Part shown: positions 20,401 to 30,563 of the stretch, piece by piece
Position numbering within the stretch: the first letter of the stretch is position 1
Layout of the letters: every line of letters starts with the position of its first letter
Origin: Alphaproteobacteria bacterium
GTDB lineage: Bacteria; Pseudomonadota; Alphaproteobacteria; UBA828
Assembly: GCA_963667785.2 (NCBI GenBank)
Contig: CAXXMU010000002.1
Span: 64,001-128,000 of the forward strand
Direction: 5' to 3'
Length of the DNA: 64,000 nucleotides
Notes under the pieces: generated by a model
The model's database searches: none
Told to the model about the DNA's origin: nothing
The model's input: the letters and a program-made list of their open reading frames with translations, nothing else
Position numbers and translations under genes: made by a program

Positions 20401-23400
20401 TTCTTCAGCCCTGCCCGGTCCCGAGAACGCCGGTGCGCCTGCAGACGGTGCTACATCCGGTCGCCAATTCCCCGTCCGAATTCACCTTCGTCATCTCCAC
20501 CCGGCCCTACGGCGGGGAAAGCAGGAGCGAGCCGCACTGTCGGGGCAAGGTGCGACTGTTGAGCGACCCGCCGGCGCCAGACACTCCGGGCAGGCTCGAG
20601 GACGTCGACCGCTCCGGCTACGCGCCAGTCGAGAACGGCTCAGGAGACGAACTCTACGAATGCTTCGAGGCAGTGCTGGGCGATACGTACCGCTACGGTC
20701 CCCACTGCAGAAACATCCGGCAGATCCAGCGCCACGTGTCGACCCGGTCCTATCTGGTCGATCTCGAAGTCGACGAAAGCCTGTGGGCCGACGGCCTAGA
20801 GGAGGGGTACGTCTGCTACCCCCCGCTGATCGACGGCGCATTTCAGGCGTTTCTCTACAGCCTGTTGGGTACGTCCGATCACCTGTGCATTCCACGGCGA
20901 ATCGAGCAAATGACGTTTCTCGGCGCGGCGGCGGGACCGCGGCTGACCTGTCTCCTGAGGGATCCTCCGGATCGCGCCCTGGATATCGACGACAAGGGCC
21001 AGTTCAGCCCTTTGGAGGGCGAGCGGCTGTCGGGCAGCATCAGCTTCTACGACCAGTCCAATGGAGCCCTCGTTGCCTACGTCCAGAAATACATCCATTT
21101 CGACTCGAACCTGAAAAGGGGGGACCTGCCCCACAGCAAGCACCGGATCGTCTGGCAGCCCAAGTTCCTGCCGAACGCCCAGGTGTTCGCCGACCGGCTG
21201 CCCGCCGGCGACATCGATCCCGTGGCGTTGATCGCCGCTCTTGAACGGCGCGTTGACGGCGAGGGCCGCGCGTGTCGCATCCTGGAGTTCGCCGGGTGCA
21301 GGGAGCCCGAGCAGACCATGCTCGAGCAGTGCGTCGGGCACCTGTCGAGTGCCGGAGGGCACGGCGAGTTCTGGCTCGTCAGCGACGATGAAGAAACCGC
21401 CGGGAATAACTACGAGGCGTTTCACGCGGCCGACGCCGCTCTGCGATTCGAATGCATCGACCCGGCCGAGCGCCAGGCGATCGGTCTCGACGAGGGTCTG
21501 CTGCGTCCGGGTGCGGTGGAGGTGCTCCTTCTGCATCGCGATACGGCCGCATTCTCCCCCGCCGACTGGGAGTTCTGGAGACGCCTGCTGGTGGCCGGAG
21601 GCCTGGCGCTGGTCTCTCACTCCGAAGGCGACGTACTCGAACCGGGCGCCGGATGGGCCGTCGTTCGCGCCGCGCCGCGCAGCACCCTGCTTCAGGCCCC
21701 GCAGTCGTGGCCGGACTCCCTGAACGCGACGGCTGTTCCGACGCCCCGTTGGGTGGTGGGTGAAGCGCACAGCCCGGCGCAGGACTGGGCCTCCCTGCTC
21801 GACGATCCGGAGGTGTACCCGATCGACTTTCAGCCCCTCGTCTGCGGTGAGGACCACGATATCGAGGAGTGGCCACGGGCGGCGGACGTGCAGGCTGTCG
21901 ACTTCTTCTGTGGTCGTGATCCGCAGGACCCCACCGGCGAGGGGGTGGTGTCGGCTCTCGTCGCCCTCGTCAGGGCACTGGTGTCGTACCGCACCGAGCA
22001 TGCGCATTCCCGGTGCCGCGTCACCGTTGTGACCCAGGGGGCCGCCTTCGATGTTCACGACCCGCGCGGGTGCGGTTTGTGGGGCGCGGTTCGCAGCATG
22101 GCGATCGAGGTGGGCGAGGACGCCGGTATCGACTTCCGTCAGGTGGATCTCGGTGCCGACGACGACCTGAAGACCCTGGCCTCGCTCGCTCGCTGCGATC
22201 TGCGCGATCGGGAGATCGCGGTGCGGGAGGGCCGCCTGTGGGTGCCCCGCATAGAGAGCATTCGTGACCATGCTCCCTGCGTCCCCGCCGGCGACGAAAC
22301 CACCTACCGCCTGTGCCTGGACAACCCGGGGCAGATCGGCGGGTTGCAGATGAAGACGTACGAACCCGCGGCGCTCGGGCCGGGCATGGTGGAGATCGAC
22401 GTGAAGGCAGCGGCGCTCAACTTCCGCGATGTCATGGTGACCTTGGGACTGCTGCCCTCGGCAGCCTACGAACGCTCCGCGCTGGGGCTGGAGGTCGGCA
22501 TGGAAGCAAGTGGAGTCGTGCGCCGGGTCGGCGAGGGTGTGGACCATTGCCTGGCCGGCGACGAGGTGGTTTTCACCAAGGGCGGGTGTATCGCCAATCG
22601 GGCAGTCGTCGACGCCCCCCTTGTGTTTTCCAAGCCCGCCCGCCTCGACATGGAGCAAGCCGCGTCTTCGCTGTCGGTCTACCTCACCGCGTACTATGCC
22701 CTTGTTCACCTGGCTCGGCTCTCCGAAGGTCAGAGTGTCCTCATTCACTCGGCCATGGGCGGCGTGGGGCAGGCCGCCATCGCGCTTGCCAGGCGCGCAG
22801 GGGCCACGATCTACGCAACGGCGGGAAGCGATGCCAAGCGCGAGCGGCTTCTCGAGCTCGGTGCGAGTGCGGCGTTCGATTCGCACAGCGAGAATTGGTA
22901 CGACGAGCTGATGGAAGCGACACGCGGCGAGGGTGTCGACGTGGTGCTGAATTCCCTCGCCGGCCGTCATCTCGCGCTGTGCCTGGAGGCTCTGCGTCCG
23001 GGCGGTTGGCATTGCGAGATTGGGAAGGTCGACATCTACTCCGACAACCCGCTAGGCCTCTACGTCTTCCGCAAGAACCTGCGCTTCGCGGCGGTCGACG
23101 TGGATCGCCTGATGGTCGATGACCCCTGGCTCCTGCGCCGACTCTCAGAGACCTGTCTCGACCTGCTCGAACGGGGCGAACTGCCGCCGTTGCCGATCAC
23201 GGTCTACGACTATGAGGACTACGCCAAGGCCCTGCGCTTGATGACCAGCGGCAAGCATCAGGGGAAGCTGGTGCTCAGGGCCCCGCCGGCCGGCGTTCAT
23301 CCGCGGTTCCCGATCGTCGATCGGCGTCCACTGCTCGACCCCGATGCGACCTACCTCGTGAGCGGCGGCCTCGGCGGATTCGGCCTGTCCCTGCTGCCCT

Positions 23401-24530
23401 ATCTCGTATCAATCGGAGCCCGCCATCTCACGTTGATGGATCGGGACCCCGAGCGCCGCCGCAACGCCGACTGGGTGAGCGAATCGACCGCGCTGCAATA
23501 CATGGACTGGGAGTGCGAGATCGACATCGTCGTTGGCGATGTCGCGATTGCGGCGGACGTTGAGCGCTGCGTCGCCTGCCTGCGCCGGCCGCTCAAGGGC
23601 GTCTTTCACTTCGCCGGTGTGCTCGATGACCGTCTGCTCGACACCATGTCGCGGGACTCCGTGGAGACGGTATTCGCTCCCAAGGCTACCGGCGCGCTGA
23701 ATCTTCACCGGGCGACCGCCGGGCATCCGCTCGACCTCTTCGTCATGGCCTCGTCCACTGCCTCAACCTTCGGCAATCCTGGACAGATCAACTACAGCGC
23801 CGCCAACGCTTACCTCGATGGCCTCGCAGTGTGGCGCCGCAGGCAGGGTTTGCCGGCGCTGTCCTACAACATTGCGGCGGTCGCCGAGGTCGGTATGGCC
23901 TCGCGAAACCACCATGTGCTGCGCATGCTGAGGATGGTCGGCATGCCCCCGGTGAGCGTTCACTTCGCAATCGCCAACCTCGACTACACGCTGCGCAGAC
24001 TGCCCGACAGCGACCACCTGGTGACCGCGCTGTTCAAGCGGGTTCCGTTGACCGTCGACTCTGCGGACTACATGCGCATCGGTCGCCTGATGAGCAACAA
24101 CGATGCGTTCCAGGGTCATTCCGACGACCGACTCACGCTCGAAACCGTGATGACGCAGATTGCCGAGAAGGTCGCCGAGCTATGCGGCCACGATGAAGGC
24201 GACATGGACGAGCCGTTGGCGAGCTTCGGATTCAATTCGATCTCCGTTGCCGAGCTCGTGGCGTATCTTCAGAATCAGTTCAACTTCCAGGTCAGCGCTC
24301 TGGAACTGATGACCACCGCCACCTGCCAGTCCTTGGCGCATGCGATCGTCCACAGAGCGGAACAGCCCGAGGAGGTGGAAGGCGAGACCGATGCGGTGGA
24401 GAGCGCGGACGCGCCTCTCTCCGGGCGGCTCCGCGGACGCCGAAGGCCGTCGGAATTCGCAAGCGTCCTGGAAGATCACTTTCCGCCAGCGCCCGGTGCG
24501 AGCCGAAACGAAATGACGACGGAGTCTTGA
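17475..24530 (+). CDS. mono-modular type I PKS/FAS, KS-AT-DH-(pseudo-MT)-ER-KR-ACP (SwfA-like)
   Basis: KS CTACSAG, EAHATGT, KSNVGH; AT GQGTQW, GHSSG, AFHS; DH HVVHHAAIMP; ER LIHSAMGGVG; KR GGLGGFG, YSAAN; ACP GFNSIS. Confidence 0.95.
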   Translation: MTSQRRESDVAIVGYGHRMPGGIRSDSDFWRLLTEREIVQEPVRDRYGRGHLPIGEFSGPGRLASPWEGLIRDSDELLFDRTLFGMSHNEMMKTEPQVRMLLNCAWETIEHAGWDFHALRNSPTGVFVGAQLPAVSNWRPLHGVNEYSVTSISVAMLANRISYHFNLMGSSIAYCTACSAGLSALHAAMNALLCGDCDQALVGSVTYLGSARMGSSFNLMGVISPEGKCHSFDAQANGYMRSEGAFVFALKPLVAAERDGDPIHAVIEASAVNAAGAADDAVGLPPGRNITAPTRHAQVELMRTAAARAGRTAGEFDYLEAHATGTVVGDRIEGNAIAEAFSGFDREVPLRVSSVKSNVGHMEAAAFHCAMLKVVLMMQRRTFAPTSKNHLVPNPEIDFDRCPMRVQTEVEPFPEHPVVVGINSFGFGGANGHCVVREYRPARPRIWSVALAPEAGYVVPLSARNAKSLARTAGQLREMLDRRPMDLYTLAGNLSRRRTHFSTRAALAVRDLQELEEGLDAVAEERAPVATVEEGEPRLTMVFAGQGTQWAGCGRALYGADPVFRRVIDAIEAHWREHSDVSLREACFSAPQSELDECELAQPVIFMLQCALVELFKTWGVYPDCVVGHSSGEVAAAYACGALSLGDATRLVFHRATLQQRTAGSGRMLAIGLDRCGVEELLDTLDVPFRLDANRPVQVEIACENAPANTVICGSETALQPVIEELDRRNLQNRLVPGNIAFHSRAMDAIREDVAAALSFLDERAFDLDVPFVSSVTGCLTERLDSAYWWSNIRQPVRFAAAMDIVKRDHRPHAVLELAPHCALQPVIAQCLADGVSTPTSIATFMRDGDTRNGFLESLGALFRAGVTLDFASRYPRPEPLPHLLPGHPRDEEKKADTTADDEFHNQAAEYSHGPLVGHRIPCDHLMFEARFSDRAFPWAADHVVHHAAIMPATGYIEMVLEAFGGVPVHFDVIEFLQPCPVPRTPVRLQTVLHPVANSPSEFTFVISTRPYGGESRSEPHCRGKVRLLSDPPAPDTPGRLEDVDRSGYAPVENGSGDELYECFEAVLGDTYRYGPHCRNIRQIQRHVSTRSYLVDLEVDESLWADGLEEGYVCYPPLIDGAFQAFLYSLLGTSDHLCIPRRIEQMTFLGAAAGPRLTCLLRDPPDRALDIDDKGQFSPLEGERLSGSISFYDQSNGALVAYVQKYIHFDSNLKRGDLPHSKHRIVWQPKFLPNAQVFADRLPAGDIDPVALIAALERRVDGEGRACRILEFAGCREPEQTMLEQCVGHLSSAGGHGEFWLVSDDEETAGNNYEAFHAADAALRFECIDPAERQAIGLDEGLLRPGAVEVLLLHRDTAAFSPADWEFWRRLLVAGGLALVSHSEGDVLEPGAGWAVVRAAPRSTLLQAPQSWPDSLNATAVPTPRWVVGEAHSPAQDWASLLDDPEVYPIDFQPLVCGEDHDIEEWPRAADVQAVDFFCGRDPQDPTGEGVVSALVALVRALVSYRTEHAHSRCRVTVVTQGAAFDVHDPRGCGLWGAVRSMAIEVGEDAGIDFRQVDLGADDDLKTLASLARCDLRDREIAVREGRLWVPRIESIRDHAPCVPAGDETTYRLCLDNPGQIGGLQMKTYEPAALGPGMVEIDVKAAALNFRDVMVTLGLLPSAAYERSALGLEVGMEASGVVRRVGEGVDHCLAGDEVVFTKGGCIANRAVVDAPLVFSKPARLDMEQAASSLSVYLTAYYALVHLARLSEGQSVLIHSAMGGVGQAAIALARRAGATIYATAGSDAKRERLLELGASAAFDSHSENWYDELMEATRGEGVDVVLNSLAGRHLALCLEALRPGGWHCEIGKVDIYSDNPLGLYVFRKNLRFAAVDVDRLMVDDPWLLRRLSETCLDLLERGELPPLPITVYDYEDYAKALRLMTSGKHQGKLVLRAPPAGVHPRFPIVDRRPLLDPDATYLVSGGLGGFGLSLLPYLVSIGARHLTLMDRDPERRRNADWVSESTALQYMDWECEIDIVVGDVAIAADVERCVACLRRPLKGVFHFAGVLDDRLLDTMSRDSVETVFAPKATGALNLHRATAGHPLDLFVMASSTASTFGNPGQINYSAANAYLDGLAVWRRRQGLPALSYNIAAVAEVGMASRNHHVLRMLRMVGMPPVSVHFAIANLDYTLRRLPDSDHLVTALFKRVPLTVDSADYMRIGRLMSNNDAFQGHSDDRLTLETVMTQIAEKVAELCGHDEGDMDEPLASFGFNSISVAELVAYLQNQFNFQVSALELMTTATCQSLAHAIVHRAEQPEEVEGETDAVESADAPLSGRLRGRRRPSEFASVLEDHFPPAPGASRNEMTTES

Positions 24531-24790
24531 CCATTCGCCAGCCCGGCCCGGATTCCATACCGACCAGGGCACCGGCACATTACAAAAAACTACATGCCTC
24601 CATGCGGCGCGTTGTCGGGAAGGTGGCACTCATGGATCGGACACGGCCTCCTCCGCAGCGTCGCACCCCTGGTTCTGCAGACCCGAGCATTCCCGGGGTG
24701 CTCGGTTTCCGATCCGCGGCCCAGCAGTCGCAGCCCGCGGCGACCGGGTGGGCTCAGGTTCGGCGCCCCCGGTAGCGAGCGAGACACGAG

Positions 24791-27286
24791 ATGGCTGAAA
24801 CACTCCCCGCTTCCCGCGTGGTGCCCTCCCTTGCTGGTCGCATGCCGATGCAGTGCCAGCGCGACCTCGACGGTTTGCGCAGTTTCATTCATTCCACCAT
24901 CGGGGAGGAATCGCCGGCCGAACCGGTATCTGCAAACGACTTCCGGGAAGTGCTGCTGACCGGCGCCACCGGGTTCGTGGGCCGCTTTCTGTTGCGCGAT
25001 CTCCTGCTGCAAGACGATAGCCTCGTCGTGCATTGCCTGGTCCGCGCGGACGGCGTCGAGCATGGCTTCGCGCGGATACGCGCCGCCCTGGAGCACGCCG
25101 AGATCTGGGACGACGCATTCGGGCCGCGCATCCGGGTCGTGGCCGGGGATATCCGCGCGCCTCGATTGGGTCTGAGCGATGCGAAATTCGACGATCTGTG
25201 CCGACGCATCGACGCGGTCTACCACCTCGCCGCCGACCTCTCCCTCGTGTCGTCCTACGCCTCGATACGCGACGTGAACGCGACCAGTCTTCGCAATGTG
25301 CTCGCGTTGTGCCTGCGAACGCGTTTCAAGCACGTCTTCTACGCTTCCACGATGGCCGTTTTCCCCGAGTACTTCTGCAATTTCTCGAACGAATTCAGTC
25401 GCAGTCGTATCGGACATCACATGCAGCCCGATCTGGCAACTATGAAGAGGCTGTTGCCGCTCGGTTTCCTTGGATACCCGTGGAGCAAGCTCGTTTCCGA
25501 GCAGGTCCTGCTCTTCGCGAACGCGGCCGGACTGCCGGTGGCGATTTTTCGCCTGCCGCAGACGGGGATGTCCAGCACAGGTTTCACGAACGCGAGCGCC
25601 GTCGCGCTCTCCATCTACCTCGCGGCGATACAGATCGAAATGGCTCCCGCCGGCTTCTCCATACAGAGCTGTGCCGAGCCGGTGGATACGCTCACCGAGA
25701 TATGCGCCGCAATCTCGGCGAATCCCGAGCGGCGGTTCACGATCTACCATTGCTGCGATCCGCAACCTCCGCATGACGATTTCGGGCCGGCCGATTTCGG
25801 ACTCTACTTGCGCGAAGTTCCATACGAGACGTTCAAGCGTGCCTGCGAGGCGCTTGGAGAGCGCTCTCCGCTGCACGGGCTGTGGACCCTGCTCGATTTC
25901 TTCGCATCGTACTGGTTCGCGGACGGCGAGGCCCGCGGCGTCGCTCCGGTCGACGATCGCGCCATTCGCGAGGACTGTCCCTTTCCTGTCCGGTGGCCGG
26001 CATTGCTCCTCCGGCATTCGCGCTCCTACGACTGGATACGGCGACAGGGCGATGGGTGGCCCTATCCGGTGCCGAAAGCCCGCCTGGACCTCGACCGCCT
26101 GATGGCGCAGGCCGAGGGTTACGCCGAACGCGTCGGCGTTCCCTTCGACCACACGTTTCCCGCGTGGATGCGTACGGGATTCCAGCGCCTTGTGGAGGTA
26201 CTCAGCGCACCACAGGCCGGATTGCTGGAGGAGAGACGCCCGCATCTCGTCTACGAACTGAACCGCCAGCTTCGCAACAATGCGGCGCTCGCCCGCGAGT
26301 GGCAGCAGCACCCCGAGATCGAGCGCGAGGAGATCGTGCGTCCGGTGTTCATCGTGGGGATCAATCGAACCGGCACCACGTTTCTGCACCGCATGATGGC
26401 GCGCGACGAAAGGTTCTGGACGCTGCGACGCTACGAGCTGTCGGAGCCGGTCCTGTCAAGCGGGGCGTACGATACCGTGGCGCGCACCGCCGGCGACCCG
26501 CGCCGACTTCACGTGAAGGAGGTGCTGGACTCCATTCGGGTCGTGGATCAGTTCGCCGAAATGCACCGCATCGACATCGACGAGCCCGAGGAGGATTTCC
26601 CGATCCTCAGGCAGTCCTTCGCATCCTGGGTCAACGCCGTCGCGTACTACGTGCCGGACTACCGCAGCTGGCTTGCCGCCACCGGTTCGGACAATGCCTA
26701 CGCCTATCACCGTCGCGTCATGCGGCACTTCACCTGGCAGCGCCGGCAGCGCGAGCGCGACGCCCGGAAGGCTTGGTTGTTCAAGATGCCCTTCCATCTC
26801 ATGGAGCTGGAGGCACTGCTCGCGAATTACCCGGATGCGGTTTTCATCCAGACCCATCGCGAGCCCACGCAGTTCATGGGATCGTGGAACAGCCTTGTGG
26901 ACCGGATACGCTCCGTCTCCATCGAGCCGCGCCCGCGGCACGACACCGGTGCCGAGCAGCTGGACCTGATGAGCGGCATGCTCAACGAGGCGATGCGGTT
27001 CCGGGCGTCGTGCCCCGAGCTCGAGGCGCGCTGGGTCGATGTGAACTACCGCGACCTGGTCGAGAACCCGATGGGGGTGGTCAGCGAAATTTACGAACGG
27101 TTCGATTGGCGGCTCGAGCCGGCGGCTACGGCCGAAATGGAGAGTTGGCTCGAACGGCAGGCGGAACAGCGTCGGCAAGAGCCGCCGCATCGATACAACC
27201 TGGAGGACTTCGGCCTCAACACAGAACGGGTCTCAGCCGCATTTGCGCCGTATCGGGAGTTCGTTGGCTCGCGGAAGATTGCGTAG
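24791..27286 (+). CDS. thioester reductase-sulfotransferase fusion (SwfB-like)
   Basis: N-terminal LLTGATGFVG and GYPWSK (extended SDR/R domain); C-terminal FIVGINRTGTTFLH PAPS-binding loop, KMP, THREP. Confidence 0.9.
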   Translation: MAETLPASRVVPSLAGRMPMQCQRDLDGLRSFIHSTIGEESPAEPVSANDFREVLLTGATGFVGRFLLRDLLLQDDSLVVHCLVRADGVEHGFARIRAALEHAEIWDDAFGPRIRVVAGDIRAPRLGLSDAKFDDLCRRIDAVYHLAADLSLVSSYASIRDVNATSLRNVLALCLRTRFKHVFYASTMAVFPEYFCNFSNEFSRSRIGHHMQPDLATMKRLLPLGFLGYPWSKLVSEQVLLFANAAGLPVAIFRLPQTGMSSTGFTNASAVALSIYLAAIQIEMAPAGFSIQSCAEPVDTLTEICAAISANPERRFTIYHCCDPQPPHDDFGPADFGLYLREVPYETFKRACEALGERSPLHGLWTLLDFFASYWFADGEARGVAPVDDRAIREDCPFPVRWPALLLRHSRSYDWIRRQGDGWPYPVPKARLDLDRLMAQAEGYAERVGVPFDHTFPAWMRTGFQRLVEVLSAPQAGLLEERRPHLVYELNRQLRNNAALAREWQQHPEIEREEIVRPVFIVGINRTGTTFLHRMMARDERFWTLRRYELSEPVLSSGAYDTVARTAGDPRRLHVKEVLDSIRVVDQFAEMHRIDIDEPEEDFPILRQSFASWVNAVAYYVPDYRSWLAATGSDNAYAYHRRVMRHFTWQRRQRERDARKAWLFKMPFHLMELEALLANYPDAVFIQTHREPTQFMGSWNSLVDRIRSVSIEPRPRHDTGAEQLDLMSGMLNEAMRFRASCPELEARWVDVNYRDLVENPMGVVSEIYERFDWRLEPAATAEMESWLERQAEQRRQEPPHRYNLEDFGLNTERVSAAFAPYREFVGSRKIA

Positions 27287-27355
27287 CCCCATGGCGTATC
27301 GATAGGAGTGGGCGCAGCCGCCGCCCACCGTTCCAGTTCTGGGGGCGATACGGCC

Positions 27356-27525
27356 ATGAGCGTCTGCCCCGGGGTAACACCCAGGATTGTCGGGGTGAAG
27401 TTCCAGGGGATCAGGTCGTCGATGCATGACATGGGGTGCATGTCGACCGACGATCCGGCGCAGGGTGTCGGCGAGATACGCCTGCGGATTGACGTCGCTG
27501 AGTTTGCAGGTGCCGATGAGGCTGG
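27356..27525 (-). pseudogene. IS66 transposase (TnpC) C-terminal remnant with degenerate right end
   Basis: SLIGTCKLSDVNPQAYLADTLRRI then, in another frame, HPMSCIDDLIPWNF; ends GGCAGACGCTCAT resembling the IS66 terminus GGACGCTTAC. Confidence 0.8.
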
Positions 27526-27636
27526 CGCTCCGCGCCGAAGGGCGGATCAGGAACAAAAGTGCAAAACCGTTCCCGAAAAAGTGTAAAACAAGATGCAGAA
27601 GTGTTGACCTATTGTTCTCTAAGTTATTGAGTTGAA

Positions 27637-27712
27637 TGGTACGCCCGCCTGGACTCGAACCAGGGACCCTCTGATTAAAAGTCAGATGCTCTACCGCCTG
27701 AGCTACGGGCGC
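27637..27712 (-). tRNA. tRNA-Lys (TTT)
   Basis: Reverse complement GCGCCCGTAGCTCAGGCGGTAGAGCATCTGACTTTTAATCAGAGGGTCCCTGGTTCGAGTCCAGGCGGGCGTACCA, 76 nt. Confidence 0.96.
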
Positions 27713-27725
27713 GCCCTGTCGCGAG

Positions 27726-27754
27726 ACGATAGGGAGGCGCCGGCGGAGGGTCAA
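27726..27754 (-). promoter_or_regulatory. sigma70 promoter of tRNA-Lys
   Basis: TTGACC-17 bp-TATCGT on the minus strand. Confidence 0.65.
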
Positions 27755-27855
27755 GCGGCCGTCCCCGCCGTATTCCCGTTTCATACCCGCCGCGTTCGCG
27801 CCGCGTCCCTGCCGCCGTTTCGGCCGCCGGGCGGGGGCTGTAGAGTGTCACCGCC

Positions 27856-29031
27856 ATGAACCAGCACGAGAAGCCGGCCCTGCTGCCGACCGGTCTGCGC
27901 GACCTGCTGCCGCCCGACGCGGGCGCCGAGGCCGCGCTTGCCGAGGCGTTGCTCGCGCGCTTCGCGGCCCACGGCTACGAACGGGTCAAGCCGCCGCTGG
28001 TCGAGTTCGAGGACAGCCTGCTGAGCGGCGCCGGCGCCGGGCTCGCCGACCAGACCTTCCGCCTGATGGACCCGGCCTCGCACCGCATGCTGGCGCTCCG
28101 CAGCGACCTCACGCCGCAGATCGCGCGCATCGCGGCCTCCCGCCTCACCCGCAGCCCGAGGCCGCTGCGCCTCAGCTACGCCGGCGAGATCCTGCGGGTG
28201 CGGGGCAGCGAGCTCCGGCCGGAGCGCCAGTTCCGCCAGGTCGGCTTCGAGCTGATCGGCATCGGCGCCGGCGCCGCCTGCGATGCCGAGGTCATCCTGC
28301 TGGCCGCAGATGCGCTCGCCGGCCTCGGGATCGAGGAAGGCCTCTCCGTGGATCTCAACGCGCCGACTCTGGTGGCGTCGCTGCTGGATGACGCAGGTCT
28401 CGACGCCGGCCAGGCGGTGCCGCTACGCGAGGCGCTGGATCGCAAGGACGCGACCGCGGTGGCCGAGGCGGGCGGCGAGGTGGCGGAGCGCCTGCTCTCC
28501 CTGCTGCGCGCCACCGGCCCGGCGGAGACGGCGCTTGATGCGCTCGGGCCGCTCGCGCTCCCCGGCGCGGCGGGGAGGGCGCTGGCCGCGCTGACCGGGA
28601 TCGCGGCGCTGCTGCGCGAGGCGGCGCCGGCGCTCCCCATCACCGTCGACCCGGTGGAATGGCGCGGCTTCGAGTACCACACCGGTACGGGCTTCAGCCT
28701 GTTCGCCGGCGGCGTGCGCACCGAGCTCGGCCGCGGCGGCCGCTATTCGGTGGGCGACACCGGCGCGGACGAGGAGGCCGTCGGCTGCACGCTCTACCTC
28801 GATACGCTGCTGCGCGCCGCGCCCGCGCCCCCGGCGCCCCGCCGGATCTATCTGCCCTACGGCACCGCGCGGGCGGCCGGCGCCGCGCTCCGCGAGGAGG
28901 GCTGGATCACCGTCGCCGGCCTCGCGCCCGCGGACGACCCGGCGGCGGAGGCCGCGCGGCTCGGCTGCGATCACCTCTGGCAGGCCGGCGGCGCACGCCC
29001 GCTCGCCGCTGTGGACGGCGAAGAGGGCTGA
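27856..29031 (+). CDS. hisZ: ATP phosphoribosyltransferase regulatory subunit
   Basis: [43 protein letters not shown]; upstream of purA. Confidence 0.92.
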   Translation: MNQHEKPALLPTGLRDLLPPDAGAEAALAEALLARFAAHGYERVKPPLVEFEDSLLSGAGAGLADQTFRLMDPASHRMLALRSDLTPQIARIAASRLTRSPRPLRLSYAGEILRVRGSELRPERQFRQVGFELIGIGAGAACDAEVILLAADALAGLGIEEGLSVDLNAPTLVASLLDDAGLDAGQAVPLREALDRKDATAVAEAGGEVAERLLSLLRATGPAETALDALGPLALPGAAGRALAALTGIAALLREAAPALPITVDPVEWRGFEYHTGTGFSLFAGGVRTELGRGGRYSVGDTGADEEAVGCTLYLDTLLRAAPAPPAPRRIYLPYGTARAAGAALREEGWITVAGLAPADDPAAEAARLGCDHLWQAGGARPLAAVDGEEG

Positions 29032-29033
29032 GC

Positions 29034-30326
<1,293 letters not shown>

Positions 30327-30329
<3 letters not shown>

Positions 30330-30552
30330 AGCATTATCCGACCATACGAGGTCACCACGGCTTGACTCCCACCTCCCCCTGTCCCCCTCCCCCAAGGGCG
30401 GAGGGGGAACGCGACGGCGCCGCCTTCTCTCCCTCTCCGCCCTTGGGGGCGGAGAGGGCCGGGGTGAGGTGGGGGAAGCTCGGGCAACACCGCACGAAGA
30501 TTGGGCACCCGCAGCAACTCGCTGCGATCGTGTCTGAACGAAAAGTGCTCTA
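30327..30552. repeat. TAGAGCA...TGCTCTA MITE-like element with internal REP-like hairpins (copy 1)
   Basis: Terminal inverted repeats; internal CCCTCTCCGCCC...GGGCGGAGAGGG hairpin; homologous in inverted orientation to 38688-38919. Confidence 0.8.
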
Positions 30553-30563
30553 GCCCGGGGAAG

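Larger units (their letters stand above)
8071..27683. mobile_element. tRNA-Lys-integrated genomic island carrying a PKS cluster
   Basis: Flanking 47-bp direct repeats, visibly lower GC and less extreme codon usage than flanks, AT-rich ends, IS66 remnant; no integrase ORF found. Confidence 0.88.
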
